A stretch of 63,750 nt of DNA, counting the filler, from Reclinomonas americana ATCC 50394 (taxonomy: Eukaryota), in NCBI GenBank assembly GCA_048213135.1. It is 4 parts of 3 records of this genome, joined end to end, with 100 filler letters (N's around TTAATTAATTAA, not from the genome) between each part and the next. Parts side by side here need not be neighbours in the genome. Positions count along the whole stretch, not along the records: positions 1 to 22,633 come from PS015078.1; 3 more parts are not named here. One strand, given 5' to 3'. Of the stretch, positions 1-12,329 are shown piece by piece; within the stretch, counting starts at the first letter, position 1, and every line of letters begins with the position of its first letter. The translations under genes and the position numbers were made by a program. The notes below the pieces were generated by a model. The model did no database searches. It was not told the origin of the DNA and worked only from the letters and a program-made list of their open reading frames with translations.

Positions 1-43
1 AGTCAAATGCTAGCTCACACGTTGTTGGATGCACTAATGCAAC

Positions 44-497
44 CGACCTCGAGCACAGTCTGGATGGTCTCCTGCAGCTGCTCACGCAGGTCGGCGCCCA
101 AGCTGCGCAGCTCCTCGGGCACCAGCTGTGCGTCGTACTCCTGTTGAATGCGGACCGAGGCCTTGGCCAACACCATGGACAAGAGGTTGATGAGCGACGT
201 GAAGAACGGCCAGCCACTGTGGAGAACAATGTGAGAGTCAACAAATGCAGAGAGTAGCAACAATGCTTTGCGCCGGCACACACACACCGATACATGGCAA
301 TCAGCTTTTCTTTGCCGCCTGGCTGCTTCATGACGCCGTTCAGCGCCACGCCGACACCGAGCCTGCTCAACAAAAACAATGTCAGTCGCCAACAACGACT
401 AGAAGCAGCGCGGCGCCGGAGCCGACGTAACCACACTGGCGCATGCAGGCGATTCTGCGTGAAGCAGAAGATCCACGGAATGGCTAGAGAGAACGAA
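44..497 (-). CDS. ppc: Phosphoenolpyruvate carboxylase, internal 3' exons (contig appears reverse-oriented)
   Basis: Spliced minus-strand reading gives RLHAPVW/LGVG...KEKLIAMYR/GWPFFTSLINLLSMVLAKASVRIQQEYDAQLVPEELRSLGADLREQLQETIQTVLE, which matches the PEPC C-terminal region. Introns are GT-AG. Confidence 0.85.
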
Positions 498-537
498 CNN
501 NNNNNNNNNNNNNNNNNNCCCCTGTCACACGTCACAG

Positions 538-798
538 GTGTCTGGCGACCGCTGCCTGCTGGAGCACGAACCCGTCGTGCTGCGCGCCATTCGCGTTCGT
601 GAGCCCTTCACCGACCCGATCAACATTCTCCAGATCCGCTGCCTGAAGGCGTACCGCACCGCCGCCGAGGTGCCGCAGGCCGTCCAGGACGCTCTGCTGC
701 TCACCATTCAGGGCGTGTCGGCCGGTACGTTGCACAGCACGAATTCCCACACGTCCCCATTCTGAATCGCTTGCACAGGCATGCAAAACACGGGCTAA
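538..798 (+). CDS. ppc: Phosphoenolpyruvate carboxylase, last two exons
   Basis: VSGDRCLLEHEPVVLRAIRVREPFTDPINILQIRCLK...DALLLTIQGVSA, then a GT-AG intron (~725-778), then GMQNTG-TAA, the canonical PEPC terminus. Confidence 0.92.
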
Positions 799-1166
799 CC
801 ACCCCGGATCTGCCGTTTCTCAACCGTGTCGTTTCTCTGTACCTTCTTCATTTTGTAACTCTCTTTACAAGCCAAGCGGTCCCGTTTTGCATGCACCGAC
901 TCCGATTCCGGGCGCATCGGAGTGACAGCATGATAAAAACCCGGCAGCGTGACTGACTTCAAACGCGTTCACTGAGCAAACACACACAAACATACACACC
1001 GACACTGTGCTGCATATGAGCGATCTGATGGGCTCGTCACCTTCTCAGCAACAACAACAATCGACTGCCTCGGCCACCGGAGGTTCATCTGTCCTCGCAT
1101 GACTCCGCGAGTGTGTGTGTGTCTCTCTCTGTCTCTCTGTCCCTGTGTGTGCTTGTGACCTCCCTC

Positions 1167-1836
1167 ATGTTTGGCTTCCTACTCTCTCTGCGACTGGTTG
1201 CTCCCTCGCGGATTCCCGTCGCCACTTGTCTCACTCTCCGATCTGCAGCCTCCTCCTCCTCCTCTTCCTCCTCCACTGTGGACTGGAAGTCGCTGCCTGA
1301 CAGCGAGTGGCGATCGCGTTTGTCCGCACAACAGTTCGATGTGCGCACTTGTGTGTGTGAGTGTGTGTGTGAGAGTGCGTGTTGTTGATATCACTGCCAC
1401 ACAGGTGCTTCGGAAGCACGGAACTGAGCGCGCCTTCACTGGCAAGTACGCTGCGTACAAGGGATCAGGTGTGTTTGCATGTGCCGGATGCGGGCAGCCG
1501 CTCTTCGATGCCAAGAACAAGTTCGAGTCGGGCACAGGCTGGGTTCGTCATCTTCCTTCCCCTCTCTCTCTTTCTCGCGCGCTCTGTCTCATGTGGCAAG
1601 CACAGCCGTCGTTTGATCAACCGGTGACGGAGTCGGCAGTGGGTGAGACGCGTGACCAGAGCTATGGCATGGTGCGCGTGGAGGTGCACTGTTCGCAGTG
1701 CGACGGGCATCTTGGGCACGTGTTCCGCGATGGTCCTCGCAACACCACGGGTCTGCGGTACTGCATCAACAGTGCCTCGATAGAGTTGCAGAAGGACGGC
1801 TGCGGTGCGGGTGGCGACGAGCAGCAGAGCAAGTGA
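1167..1836 (+). CDS. msrB: Peptide methionine-R-sulfoxide reductase MsrB, 3 exons, probable mitochondrial presequence
   Basis: EWRSRLS..QFD/VLRKHGTERAFTG, two CxxC Zn pairs (CAGC, CSQC), KFESGTGW/PSF, HLGHVFRDGP and catalytic RYCINS. The N-terminus is R/S-rich and lacks acidic residues. Confidence 0.93.
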
Positions 1837-1949
1837 TTATACAGCGCTAGCTGGCTTGTGTTTTTATTGTTGTTGTTGTTGTCGCTTCAAGCTGCAAGCT
1901 GGCAGTCGGTGAGCTGCATCTCGGGTGTCACCTGTGCTGTGGCGGGCGA

Positions 1950-2730
1950 GGTGCCTGCACCGTTCTCGATGTCGTCGTCGAGACCCTGCTCGAATGGCAC
2001 GCTGTTCTGCGTGATGGCGGTGCACCAGAGTGCGTCCTGTGTAATAATAATATGTGGTGAGCGAGACAACTCGACTTGGCAGCACTTGCACGGGAACTGC
2101 CGTACCTCCAGTTGGCGACGGCCTGCGAACATGGGCAAGCGGCGGAAGCAACACACCGCGTGGCGGAACATGAAGAACCTGCACAGTCTCATGAGCAGAC
2201 TGGCAAGTGCGGTGCGGTGCGGTGCGGCAAACTGTACCTGCGGCAGTCAACACGGCCCATGATGGTCCACATTGGGCGCAGCGAGAATGGTCTTTCGTAG
2301 CTACCTGCAATAACCAAACGAAGAAGGTGGGCAAGTGGGGAGCGGAGTAGCGGGTTGACAGCGAAGCACGAACCAAATCCAACGAAAATCGTCATATACA
2401 GGCAGATGATGGGAGTTGAGAGGAAGACGGCAAAGGAGGCGAGAGACTCGCGTAGATGGTGCGAGCTGCGCGACGTGCATATGGTGGCACTGGCGGCGGC
2501 CAGATGGTACAGAGTGTATACCTGAATTCATGAACGCAGCGGATGTGGCACGAATGAGGAAACCACCACGACCGCAACCGCAACTCCTCTCGATCGTGCA
2601 CGCAACAAAGCTCTCCAAAATCAGCAGCGGCCACCCCGGCAGCAGTGCCATCACTCCCAGCGACATGTACAACAACAGGCACGTCATCCTCGGTGTTCCC
2701 GTCAAAATTGTTGGTCTCGAAGGATGATGG
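1950..2730 (+). CDS. Possible multi-exon hypothetical protein (structure uncertain)
   Basis: Several open stretches are bounded by plausible donors and acceptors (e.g. LDVVVETLLEWHAVLRD / LARELPYLQLATACEH). No motif recognised. Confidence 0.25.
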
Positions 2731-3619
2731 AAAACTTGAGATGTATTCTGCTGCTCTCTCTGACCGCGCGCAGCGTCGTCTCTCACTTGGAGACAGGAGC
2801 AAGCACGTCAAAATCGGGCTCGAGAGGCGGGGACAGAGAACAAGACTGCAATGGCACGCCGACCGAGCAAGAAAACGAAGTGGTCTCGACAGGATCGTAC
2901 ACTGCAACTGCGTTTCTCCGACAGAAACGGATCCGGAAACATGCGGGTGCAACTTCATGGTCACTCACTTGTGCCTTGCATCTCTGTCGGCGTCTGATAC
3001 TACAACGACATGGTGCCTCTCGTAAGTGGCTGCTTGCTTACGAGCGCAAAGTTGTGTGGCCTGTCGTCGAAGTCGACTCTGCAAGTCCTACCGCATCACA
3101 CACACACACACGCACGAGGCAGGAGAGAGCAGCTACAGTAATAGCGACAACAGCAATAGCACACTCGCACACAACCACCACGACAAGAAGAAGGAGGAGA
3201 TAGAAGAGGGAGCCGACATTGCCACCCACACCCACACACGCACTTTATCTCTCTCTCTCTCTCCCTCTCTCCTCTCTCCTCTCTCCACGCACCACTCATC
3301 CACCATGTTGCGCGTGAGCAAGAATCTACAAGCGGCCATCGCACGTGCGACGACGGCAAGCGATGTGTGGTGCTCGAGGCGATGAGGTGAGAGTGAGGGA
3401 AAGAGGCAGTCAGAGAACAGCAGTTGCGATTATTGAGAGCGGAGCAAGTGGGATGAGCAGGACTGACTGGGAGAAGTAGAGAGAACGAGAGAATGCGTGG
3501 TTGCCAGCTCGTGAGTTCTAGATGCAGTTTTCTCCTGCCTTCATCGATAATCGCCACCATGCGTCCTCTCGGGTGGGGAGACATCTTCTGTTCATGTGCA
3601 CTCACTCTCTCGTAATTCA

Positions 3620-4809
3620 CAGTGAGCACAATCTGGAACACCGACTGCTGCAGTGGGCGGATCGTGGATTACCAGTGATGTCGATTGAGGCACGCATGAC
3701 ATGCATGTTGCGAATTGCCGAGGCAGTTTCTTCGCTGCATAAGTTGCGTGCCACATGTCTGGTTGTCTCGTGTTTTGTTTTCCATTCATTTGGACTCATG
3801 CTGTGGTTGCTACGATTCAGGCATGTGAGTGTGAAATGTGGTGTGTGTTTTTGGTTCATTTTCTCCTGTTGACTGACTCGTGTTTTCTTGTGCGCTTGTC
3901 GGGATGCGCAGAATGGTACGCGTTCTTGCTCTCCATCCTCTACTCATTTATCTCGCTCACTTGCTTTTTCTCTCGCTCAGTGATCCATCGCGACCTGAAG
4001 CCAGCCAACATTCTGTTCAATCACAGTGGAATGGCATACATCTCGGACCTGGGAGTGGCGCACTGGTTTCGCACCGAGGGGGTGAGTGACTCTTTTATGC
4101 ACTGTCTCTCCTTAACCTTTCCTCTCATCTCTTCTTTCTCCCTCCCCATCCTCGTGCCACAGACGCATCTGTCCGTCCATTTTGCTGGCGACCCAAAGTA
4201 CGCCGACCCCAAGGCCATGCATGGCCAGCTGCGACTGAGTTCGGATGTGTTCTCGCTCGGTCTCGTCCTGCTGCAAGTGTTCAGCGGTCTGCCGATCGAG
4301 GAGGTACATCGGCGAGTGGAGGCACTGGAGGAGATGGACGACATTGAAGGCGTCGATGGCGAAGCACTGCTCGATGCCGCGGTGGAGCTGGCGGATGGTG
4401 GTGTCGGTCGACCGTGGCCGGCTCCTGTGTGTGAGCGGATTGTGCGATTGGCACTCAGGTGAGTTTTATGTTCAGGAGAGAGTTGCGAGGAAAACGCATC
4501 GACTGACTTGCGTGGCCAATCTGCAGATGCCTGGATGGTCGACCAGCACGCCGTCCGACAGCGCAGCAGCTGGCGACCGAGTTGAGTGACCTGACGGTGT
4601 TGTCGTGTCGACGGGCGTGCATGGTGTGCGACGGACTGCGCGAGACGCGATTGCGTCCGTGCATGCACCAAGTGTTGTGTCGGGAGTGCGCGGAGCGGCT
4701 GGTGAGCAAGAGCGGCGAGTGCCCGGTGTGCCGCGTGCGAGTGGAGGGTGTGGATGCGGGCGAAGGATACGGGTTCCACACGTATGTGGCTCTGCCGGCG
4801 CGGAGATAA
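3620..4809 (+). CDS. IRAK/Pelle/RLK-like protein kinase C-lobe fused to a C-terminal RING-HC finger; 5' part unclear
   Basis: IHRDLKPANILF, ISDLGVA, AGDPKYADP, SDVFSLGLVLLQ, WP..V.ERIVRLALR/CLDGRPARRP, followed by CMVC..PCMHQVLCRECAERL..CPVCR. Confidence 0.8.
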
Positions 4810-5031
4810 TGTGTGCCGGAGAAGAGGATTCGTTGTGTTGTATGGCAGACGAAAGTAGTGAACTCGGTTCGGGAAAGATCATAGTCGGCTGCTTCTGATG
4901 TCTCGATCGCAGGCGACACACAGGCTACGTGGAAGTGTTGCAGGAAGGAAAGCTCGATGAATCACAACGATAGTCAGAGCCTTCCTACCAACAGATTGAC
5001 TGTACACTGCGCACCTCCTCCTCACTACCTC

Positions 5032-6290
5032 TCACAGCGTGATTGCGGTGCCTTGCGGTTGTCCCCGCTTGCGCTCCCGCCCCCAGTTGACCATCATGGA
5101 CGCCATTCTGGCGATCGACTTGCGCTCGATCCAAAGCTGAGAGCCACCATCGACCAGCACCCAGAGAACGAATGCGATGGTGGCGGAAACAGCCACCGCG
5201 ATCAGGAACTGGTGTCCGTGGACCCAGTCCACGCGAATGGCACACTGCAGGCAAGTCAGGATCAGCACCAGCACATCACTATCGCACTTTGACGGCATCA
5301 TGACACACAGGCCTGGAACAGAAGGATCAGCAGCAGCATGAACATGCCAAAGGCGGAGAAATAACGTCCGGTCGGTGACATGGCGATGCTGCTGGAGAAG
5401 ATGCGGTCTTCGATGGCGGTGGCCGTGGCTCGCAGCCATGACTCGAGGTGAGCCTTCCTCTCTGTCACCGCCGTCTGCTCCGAAGCTGTCGATTGCATGG
5501 CCAGCTCGAGTTCGTGGTAGTACTTGTTGAGAATCTGCGCGACGACGATCAGATCACAGCGCAGCGCCTCACGTGTGAGCGGACGCATGCGCACCGAGCC
5601 CTTGGTGAACTTCAACATGGATCCCTTCTGCACAGAGAGCACGAAAATGTACACTGCCCACAGTGGCAGGCAGATGGCGAGCAGCCACTGGTAGCCGTCG
5701 GGTGCGTCGGTGCTGATGTTGTTGGGCGACTGCGATGCATCGATGATCGTCGTCATGATCGGTGGTGACACACGCGAACGTGAGGCAGATGGTTGATCAC
5801 ACCCACCTCAATCCACGCGTAGTAAATGGGCAGCAGCAAGGCCGCAATGACGCTGTTGTTGTCAAAGAACTGCGACTGATTGTCGATGCGATCGCTGATG
5901 TGATCGGCCTTGGCGTCCACAATGCTGCAAAAGTAGTCCACCCATCGCAGCGCCTCGCTCGTTCGTTGATCGTCGGAGGTCAGCAGCGAGATGTCGTCCA
6001 AGTCTGGCGCGGGAGGCCCTGTGCGTGTGCGAGCGTGTGTGAGCGCATCTCATGACGTGTGCGTCGGAACATTTCAGTCACACGCTGCCGCGCGTGCACT
6101 CACCGAGGAGGTAGCGCACGAGTTGTGCCTTGCGCACGTAGTGGTGTCCGTCGCTCATGGTGCTGCGATCGTTGGCGTTGTTGTGGTGCGGTTGGTGAGT
6201 TGGAGCGAAATATTCGGCGAACAACGGTTCCTTCTCGCACACAACGTCCCGATCCCTTGACCAAGTGTCCAGGTCCAGTGGCACCTGCAT
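5032..6290 (-). CDS. Hypothetical multi-pass membrane protein (~4 exons)
   Basis: Consecutive ORFs can be joined by short GT-AG introns. Four hydrophobic segments: VIAALLLPIYYAW, WLLAICLPLWAVYIFVL, FGMFMLLLILLF and FLIAVAVSATIAFVLWVLV. Confidence 0.6.
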
Positions 6291-6434
6291 GAACCTCGAC
6301 ACACATGGCCGCCGTGTTGACGACGACGACCCACCGGTATTGTTGTTGCGATGCCAATGCGTGGCCGAATTCGATACACTGTGAAACTTTACTGCAAACA
6401 ACGTGCTTCGGCAGCCATTGCGCCGCGTGCATCG

Positions 6435-9240
6435 TCACATCAAACCAAAGCCTTGCGAGTTCTGAATGGCCAGCGAAAGCTTGGCGCGTAGCTTCTCCTT
6501 TGACGAGTACTCTGCGATCGTATATCAGCTGACAAGCCCTCCCCACAGGCGCCACACACACACACACACACCTGGTATCAGCACGTGGTTGAAGCACGTG
6601 TGTGACGTCGGCAAACTGCACCAGAGCGTAGCAGGGGTCAGCGAGTGGTGCTAGCACGAAACATCACACAGAGATCAGCACCTTTCCGAATCCGGTCCCT
6701 GCCGCGCAAAGATGATTTGCAACTGCGCCAGACCCTCGATCGGTGCACGATCGCTGCCGGTGGCAAACTGCAAGAATCGCTGCTTGTCGGCTTCGTCGAA
6801 CTCGTGCACAATCTCCCACATCCAGCTGCGCGGTGCACAACAAAGGTCAGTATCCGTGCCACGGGCAAGCATCGTGCTGCCACAATGCACATACACACCG
6901 AATAATGTAGTGATCCCTGTTGTAGCCGTCGTCGTACCGCGCCGCCTTCTCCAGATCCTCAAAGTTGAGCTCTCTCTTGCCGCACACCAACAACTCCAGC
7001 TCCTCCGGACGGAACATCTGCCCCGAATCCCTCAGTCACCACGACAACCGACAACTACGCACTATGCACTCACACACACCTGCAACACCGGTCCCGCCAC
7101 CACCATCTGGAAGCCACGAACAAACGAGTGGAACTGCTTGTCCACCGAGTCCTGCAGGCGGTACTTGGTGTAGGCCTTGACGTACTCTGCGTCAACAGCA
7201 CTCTCAGCATTCACCCATCGACCGACAGCGACTCCGCCACACACCATCACGGTTCGCGTTGGTGACTGGCGTGTTCTTGCCGTTCTCGCACAATTCCACC
7301 TCAATGTGCTCGCCGAATGCCTCGCGATCCACCACCCAAGTGAGACCCATGTCTTCCGCCACATCGCCGGGGTAGTCGAGAATCGCCTGCAGGCTGCGAC
7401 CGAGAACCTACAACCCAAGTCGCGTTGAGTGGCGGGGCGATTCGCACGCCACGCACCACATACGATGGCACGCAACTGGATCCGTCTCCTTCAGGTCCTC
7501 AAAGAAGACGTCCTTGTTCAACAGCTTCTTGTACACCACCAGCGGGAACTGAATGTCGAGAATGATGTGATTGTAGATGGCCAGGCCAATGATCTGTCCG
7601 ATGAGCTCAAACTCAGCGTCGTCCGGCGAGTCCGGATTGAACCAGTAGGTTCGGGTGTCGGGGTTGAGCGTGAACATGCCTGGCGTGGAAAGACACAAGT
7701 CAGCTTACCCCCAAATTTGTGTGTGAAACGAGACGAACGCACCAAACGACGGATTGAAGATTTCGCGCACAATCAGCAGGAAGAACTCCTTCTGCACGCC
7801 GCCCTCGTCGATACCCTCTTCACCCACGAACTGCACCTTCAGCGGCTTCTTCAGGTCGCCAGCCTTGTTGGCCAGCTGCACGCACACGCGCATGTGAGTA
7901 CCGAATTGGGGAAGCACACANNNNNNNNNNNNNNNNNNNNNNNNNNNNNNNNNNNNNNNNNNNNNNNNNNNNNNNNNNNNNNNNNNNNNNNNNNNNNNNN
8001 NNNNNNNNNNNNNNNNNNNNNNNNNNNNNNNNNNNNNNNNNNNNNNNNNNNNNNNNNNNNNNNNNNNNNNNNNNNNNNNNNNNNNNNNNNNNNNNNNNNN
8101 NNNNNNNNNNNNNNNNNNNNNNNNNNNNNNNNNNNNNNNNNNNNNNNNNNNNNNNNNNNNNNNNNNNNNNNNNNNNNNNNNNNNNNNNNNNNNNNNNNNN
8201 NNNNNNNNNNNNNNNNNNNNNNNNNNNNNNNNNNNNNNNNNNNNNNNNNNNNNNNNNNNNNNNNNNNNNNNNNNNNNNNNNNNNNNNNNNNNNNNNNNNN
8301 NNNNNNNNNNNNNNNNNNNNNNNNNNNNNNNNNNNNNNNNNNNNNNNNNNNNNNNNNNNNNNNNNNNNNNNNNNNNNNNNNNNNNNNNNNNNNNNNNNNN
8401 NNNNNNNNNNNNNNNNNNNNNNNNNCACACACACACGCCAAAACACGGACCTCATTCAGCGCCGACACGATCAGGTTCTGGCGGAAAACGCGCAACACGA
8501 GGTAGGGAACAGGAGGTGGACCAAAGAATTGCACCGCAGCGGCAGCCTGCTCCCCCACAAGACAATCAATAAGTGAGCGAGTCAGTGAGTGTATGAGTGA
8601 TGATGATGATGGCAGGCGGACGTACCCGAACAGACTGTTGTTGGGCCTCCACCGACTCAATGCGCAGCACTTGGCTCTTTGTGGCCGCCGACAGCAGATA
8701 CGGGTGCTCGCAGAAAGAGAACACGGTTGGCGCACGAGAACTCCGTCGACTGCACGCGCGCGCGTTAAACAACCAATTCAATCGACAGCAGGCAGACGGG
8801 CAGACCCGCACTCAACTTTTGATTCAGCATCCACTGATGGTAGTCGTCGATGAGTTGCCGAATGTCCATGTCATTGATGGCATCGTTGTAGAACTCTTCT
8901 GGCGGGATCTTGCGCGTGAGCTCGTTGGTGCGAGCTGCACGGTTGCAGGAGAGACGATGAGTGCGAATCGTGGCATTTGAAGACTGACGAGTCGAATGAC
9001 GCACACAACACGCCGAGGAACTCGCCGGCCCACGCAATGCGCTCGTCGTAGCCGGTGGCGAGGAACCACTGCAACGTGATGAACTGTTGAAACACGTAGA
9101 CCACGCGCTGGAATTGCTNNNNNNNNNNNNNNNNNNNNNNNNNNNNNNNNNNNNNNNNNNNNNNNNNNNNNNNNNNNNNNNNNGGAGGGGAATTCATCAG
9201 TGCGATCAAAGTGCGAGGAACAATACGGACGCACGCAAGA

Positions 9241-9274
<34 letters not shown>

Positions 9275-9454
9275 TGAAGAGAGGCATGCACAATGCACAC
9301 GACTCTGTGCGTGTTTTGCTGTGGAGAAACAAAAATGAACCCTCGCATTGGCGTATGTGCGAACTCGCACACTCTTCCTGTGCTCTCTCTCTCGCATTCA
9401 CATATACACACATGTAGTACCTGCCACGTCTTCCATGTGCACGTCGTCGGCCAT
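6435..9454 (-). CDS. HECT-domain E3 ubiquitin ligase (UBE3A/HERC4/HECTD2-like), ~12 exons, spans two gaps
   Basis: [71 protein letters not shown], catalytic LPTSHTCFN, and C-terminal QGFGLM*. The start ([11 protein letters not shown]) is tentative. Confidence 0.92.
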
Positions 9455-10329
9455 TGTGGAAGTAAGGGTGAATCAACAAAATGAAGTGACGTCACCACAC
9501 AACAATTTGTGTCTCACAGCGCAGCCCAGGTTGTCGACATCAATGGTGCATCGTTAACTCCCACGCCGCCGCCTCTATTCGCTCACCTTCATTGTGGACG
9601 GTGCGGGCACGGCCGCTCGCAGCGAGTTTGCGGCAACGTTGTCTGTCTTTTGCATCTTCCGCATGCGTGCAATCATCTCATCATCATCGTCGTCGTTGTC
9701 GTCGTCGTCGTCGTCGTCGTCGTCATCAGCATCAGCATCGTCATGTCTCCGTCGCGCGCTCTCTCTCTCTCTCTATGTCTCTCTCTCTCTCTCACACACA
9801 CACACACTCTCTCTCTCTCTCTGACTCTCTCTCTCTCTCTCTTTCCCTGCACACTCGCACAGATGTCATTTATGCAGCGAAGTGGACGCCGCAAGCGGCC
9901 TCGGCGCACCCCGACAACACGGATATCATGCTGGCGGGTGGTGCATTCTTGCCTGCATATTGCGTCTCTCTCGTTGCCCACGACCATGTTCTAGATCTCC
10001 CTTTGTTTAGATGGCCTTATACATTTTCTTGGTTGATCCTTTCGTGTACTGAGGTGACGCACACCAGCAGTGCGGCGACAGTCTGGTAGCGCAGCGGTAT
10101 CAACACCCAACGGACTGCTGCGTGCCGCCATCTGTATCTAGCTGTTCCTGTGCGACGGAAGTCGTCGACAGTCATAATCAGAACCACGTACGTCGATCAG
10201 CAGTCGCTGCAGTTCAGCACTGGACGCCTCTCGGCAATGAGCACTGCAGACTATATGACAACGAGCACAGTGTCGTTATGTGCACGTGGGTAGCAATCTA
10301 GCATTACTAATTTACGTGCAGCTTGCAGC

Positions 10330-12270
10330 CGTCGAGTCACATTTTATGGTTGCATGCAACACTATTTCGTCGCCGACAGTGTGGGTGGCGACTTCATGAG
10401 GCATGCGGAGCAGTGGTCTCAGTAACGTGAACAGCACATGGCGGAGAACGGCGAGGAGGGAGAGAACAACTTGATTGTTCTCCTCCTCGACTACAAGCGT
10501 GCCTACGACTCTGTGTGCCCCGAACTGATTGATCTCACACTGAAAGCGATGAACTTTCCTCCCTACATCGTCGACATGGTGGCAGACTGGATGCGGTACA
10601 TGCCGTTCTTCGCGACATGCCAGGAAGGCCTCCACACCAAGATCATGCACCAGAGGGTCGGCGTTCCCCAAGGCGACGTGCTGAGTCCGTTCATGTTCAA
10701 CCTCGTGGCCTCGATCTTCATCCGCCGCGTCAAGCAGCTGGAAGTCGGATACCGCTTTGCCAAGGATCCCTCCATCTGTGTTCACGTATCCGCCTTTGCT
10801 GATGATCGCCACGTGTGTCTCTCATCGGTGCAACAAGCGCAGATGGTCCTGGACGAGTCGCAACGGATCGGCGAATGGTCTGGCGTCAAGGACAACCCGG
10901 AGAAGTCGTTGGTCTTAATCTATGTGCCACTGGAAGCAGTTCGCGACTGCAACCTCACTCCTCTTCAGAAAGTCGATGCTATCCGCACCTTTATTCTGCC
11001 GAAAGCCACATTCGTCATGCAGTCTATCGATCTTACAGCAACCTTACTCAACGAGATTGACACCAAGCTCAGAGAGGCAGTGAGAGCTGCCACGGGGCTA
11101 GGAAAAGAAGCTGGCAACACAGTGATAGAGACACCGCTCTCCATGGGTGGGCTGGGAGTCCAATCCCTGGCCGACCGTCGCGCACCACTCCTCATCTCGT
11201 CGGCACACAAACTCCTCACGAGCGTGCGCACCCTTGTCAGAAATGTTGCACACAGAGTGAAGGCAGACACGATGGAGAAGTTTGCACTCTTGCCTGACAA
11301 CGCTGTCCCTCCCACCGACCACCTGTTCAAGAGAGAAGTCGTGCAGAACCACAAGGAGCTGCACCGCCAGCAGGTAGACGTCAATGCTCCCCCCCGTTTC
11401 TTTGACTTTCCCTTTGTCGCGAGAGAAGACGGTACCTTCGTGTTCAATGGTCAGCAGCCTGGAAAGACAGACAAGGCAGAGAACATCATCGCCACCGCAG
11501 CCACACTAGCAGCGAAGCACAGATTCAGCGTAGACTCCTACACCGATCCTGTCACCCAGAAGACCACCACGATTGGACGTCTCCCCGACAACACGACTGT
11601 CTTTCCGTTCACTGAGAAGTTTCTGAAGTCTGTCAACAAGTTTCAAGGAAAACAGAAGTCCGAGAAGTGGAGCGAAGAGGTGGCAGAAGAAAACGGAGAT
11701 GTGCACCCGAGAAAGTCAGGTCGCTTGCTTTCACTTACCGTCACGGTGCTGGCGCGCACGACTGCTTGAAAATCGGTCGTGGTCTGTATCCTAAACAGCA
11801 GTCTTTCGCCTTGAAACTGCGCACCAACTCTCTCTATCTCAACGCTACATACTCTAAACATCGCCACAACAATAACCCCATCATGGCGAGGTGCAGAGTG
11901 TGCAACATGGGACAGCCAGAGACAGTGGCGCACCTCTTGTGCTGGCACAGAAAGACAATGTGACGAGTCGGCACAACAGAGTGGCAACGATCTTGCACGA
12001 GGAACTCAGAGACTCGATTGTACACAGAGAGGCAGTCTTCTACACTGAGAAGGTCCCACAGAATTTGCTGGCAGCAGGAGAAGACCAGTTGGCTCTGTTG
12101 AAACCAGAGACATTGTGGCTGAAGAAGATGGGCATTGAGGGCGGCCAACTGCGCCGAGTGGTGGACAGATGGTGTGCCAAGGTCGTTGTCGGCAAGGGAT
12201 TTGTGGGCGTTTATCGCATTATTGGAATGTGGTGAATGAAGTGTTTTGTTTTTTGATACAAACAAAAAAA
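10330..12270 (+). mobile_element. Decayed, 5'-truncated non-LTR retrotransposon of the RLE class (R2/NeSL/Utopia-like)
   Basis: Intronless RT motifs LDYKRAYDSV, GVPQGDVLSPFMFN, AFADD and GGLGV. A CCHC-type knuckle (CRVC..ETVAHLLC), RHN and LKPE lie in shifted frames, with frameshifts near 11.7 and 11.96 kb. An A-rich tail is at ~12257-12270. Confidence 0.88.
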
Positions 12271-12329
12271 GACTTGAATTCATTCCCCCCACATGCATAC
12301 TGACACAAGAAATCAGCACCGGCTGCTAG

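Noticed and set aside
9560-10310. Possible minus-strand exons upstream of the HECT gene (poly-Asp stretch, VHFAA*)
   Set aside because: I could not build a consistent spliced model or recognise a domain.
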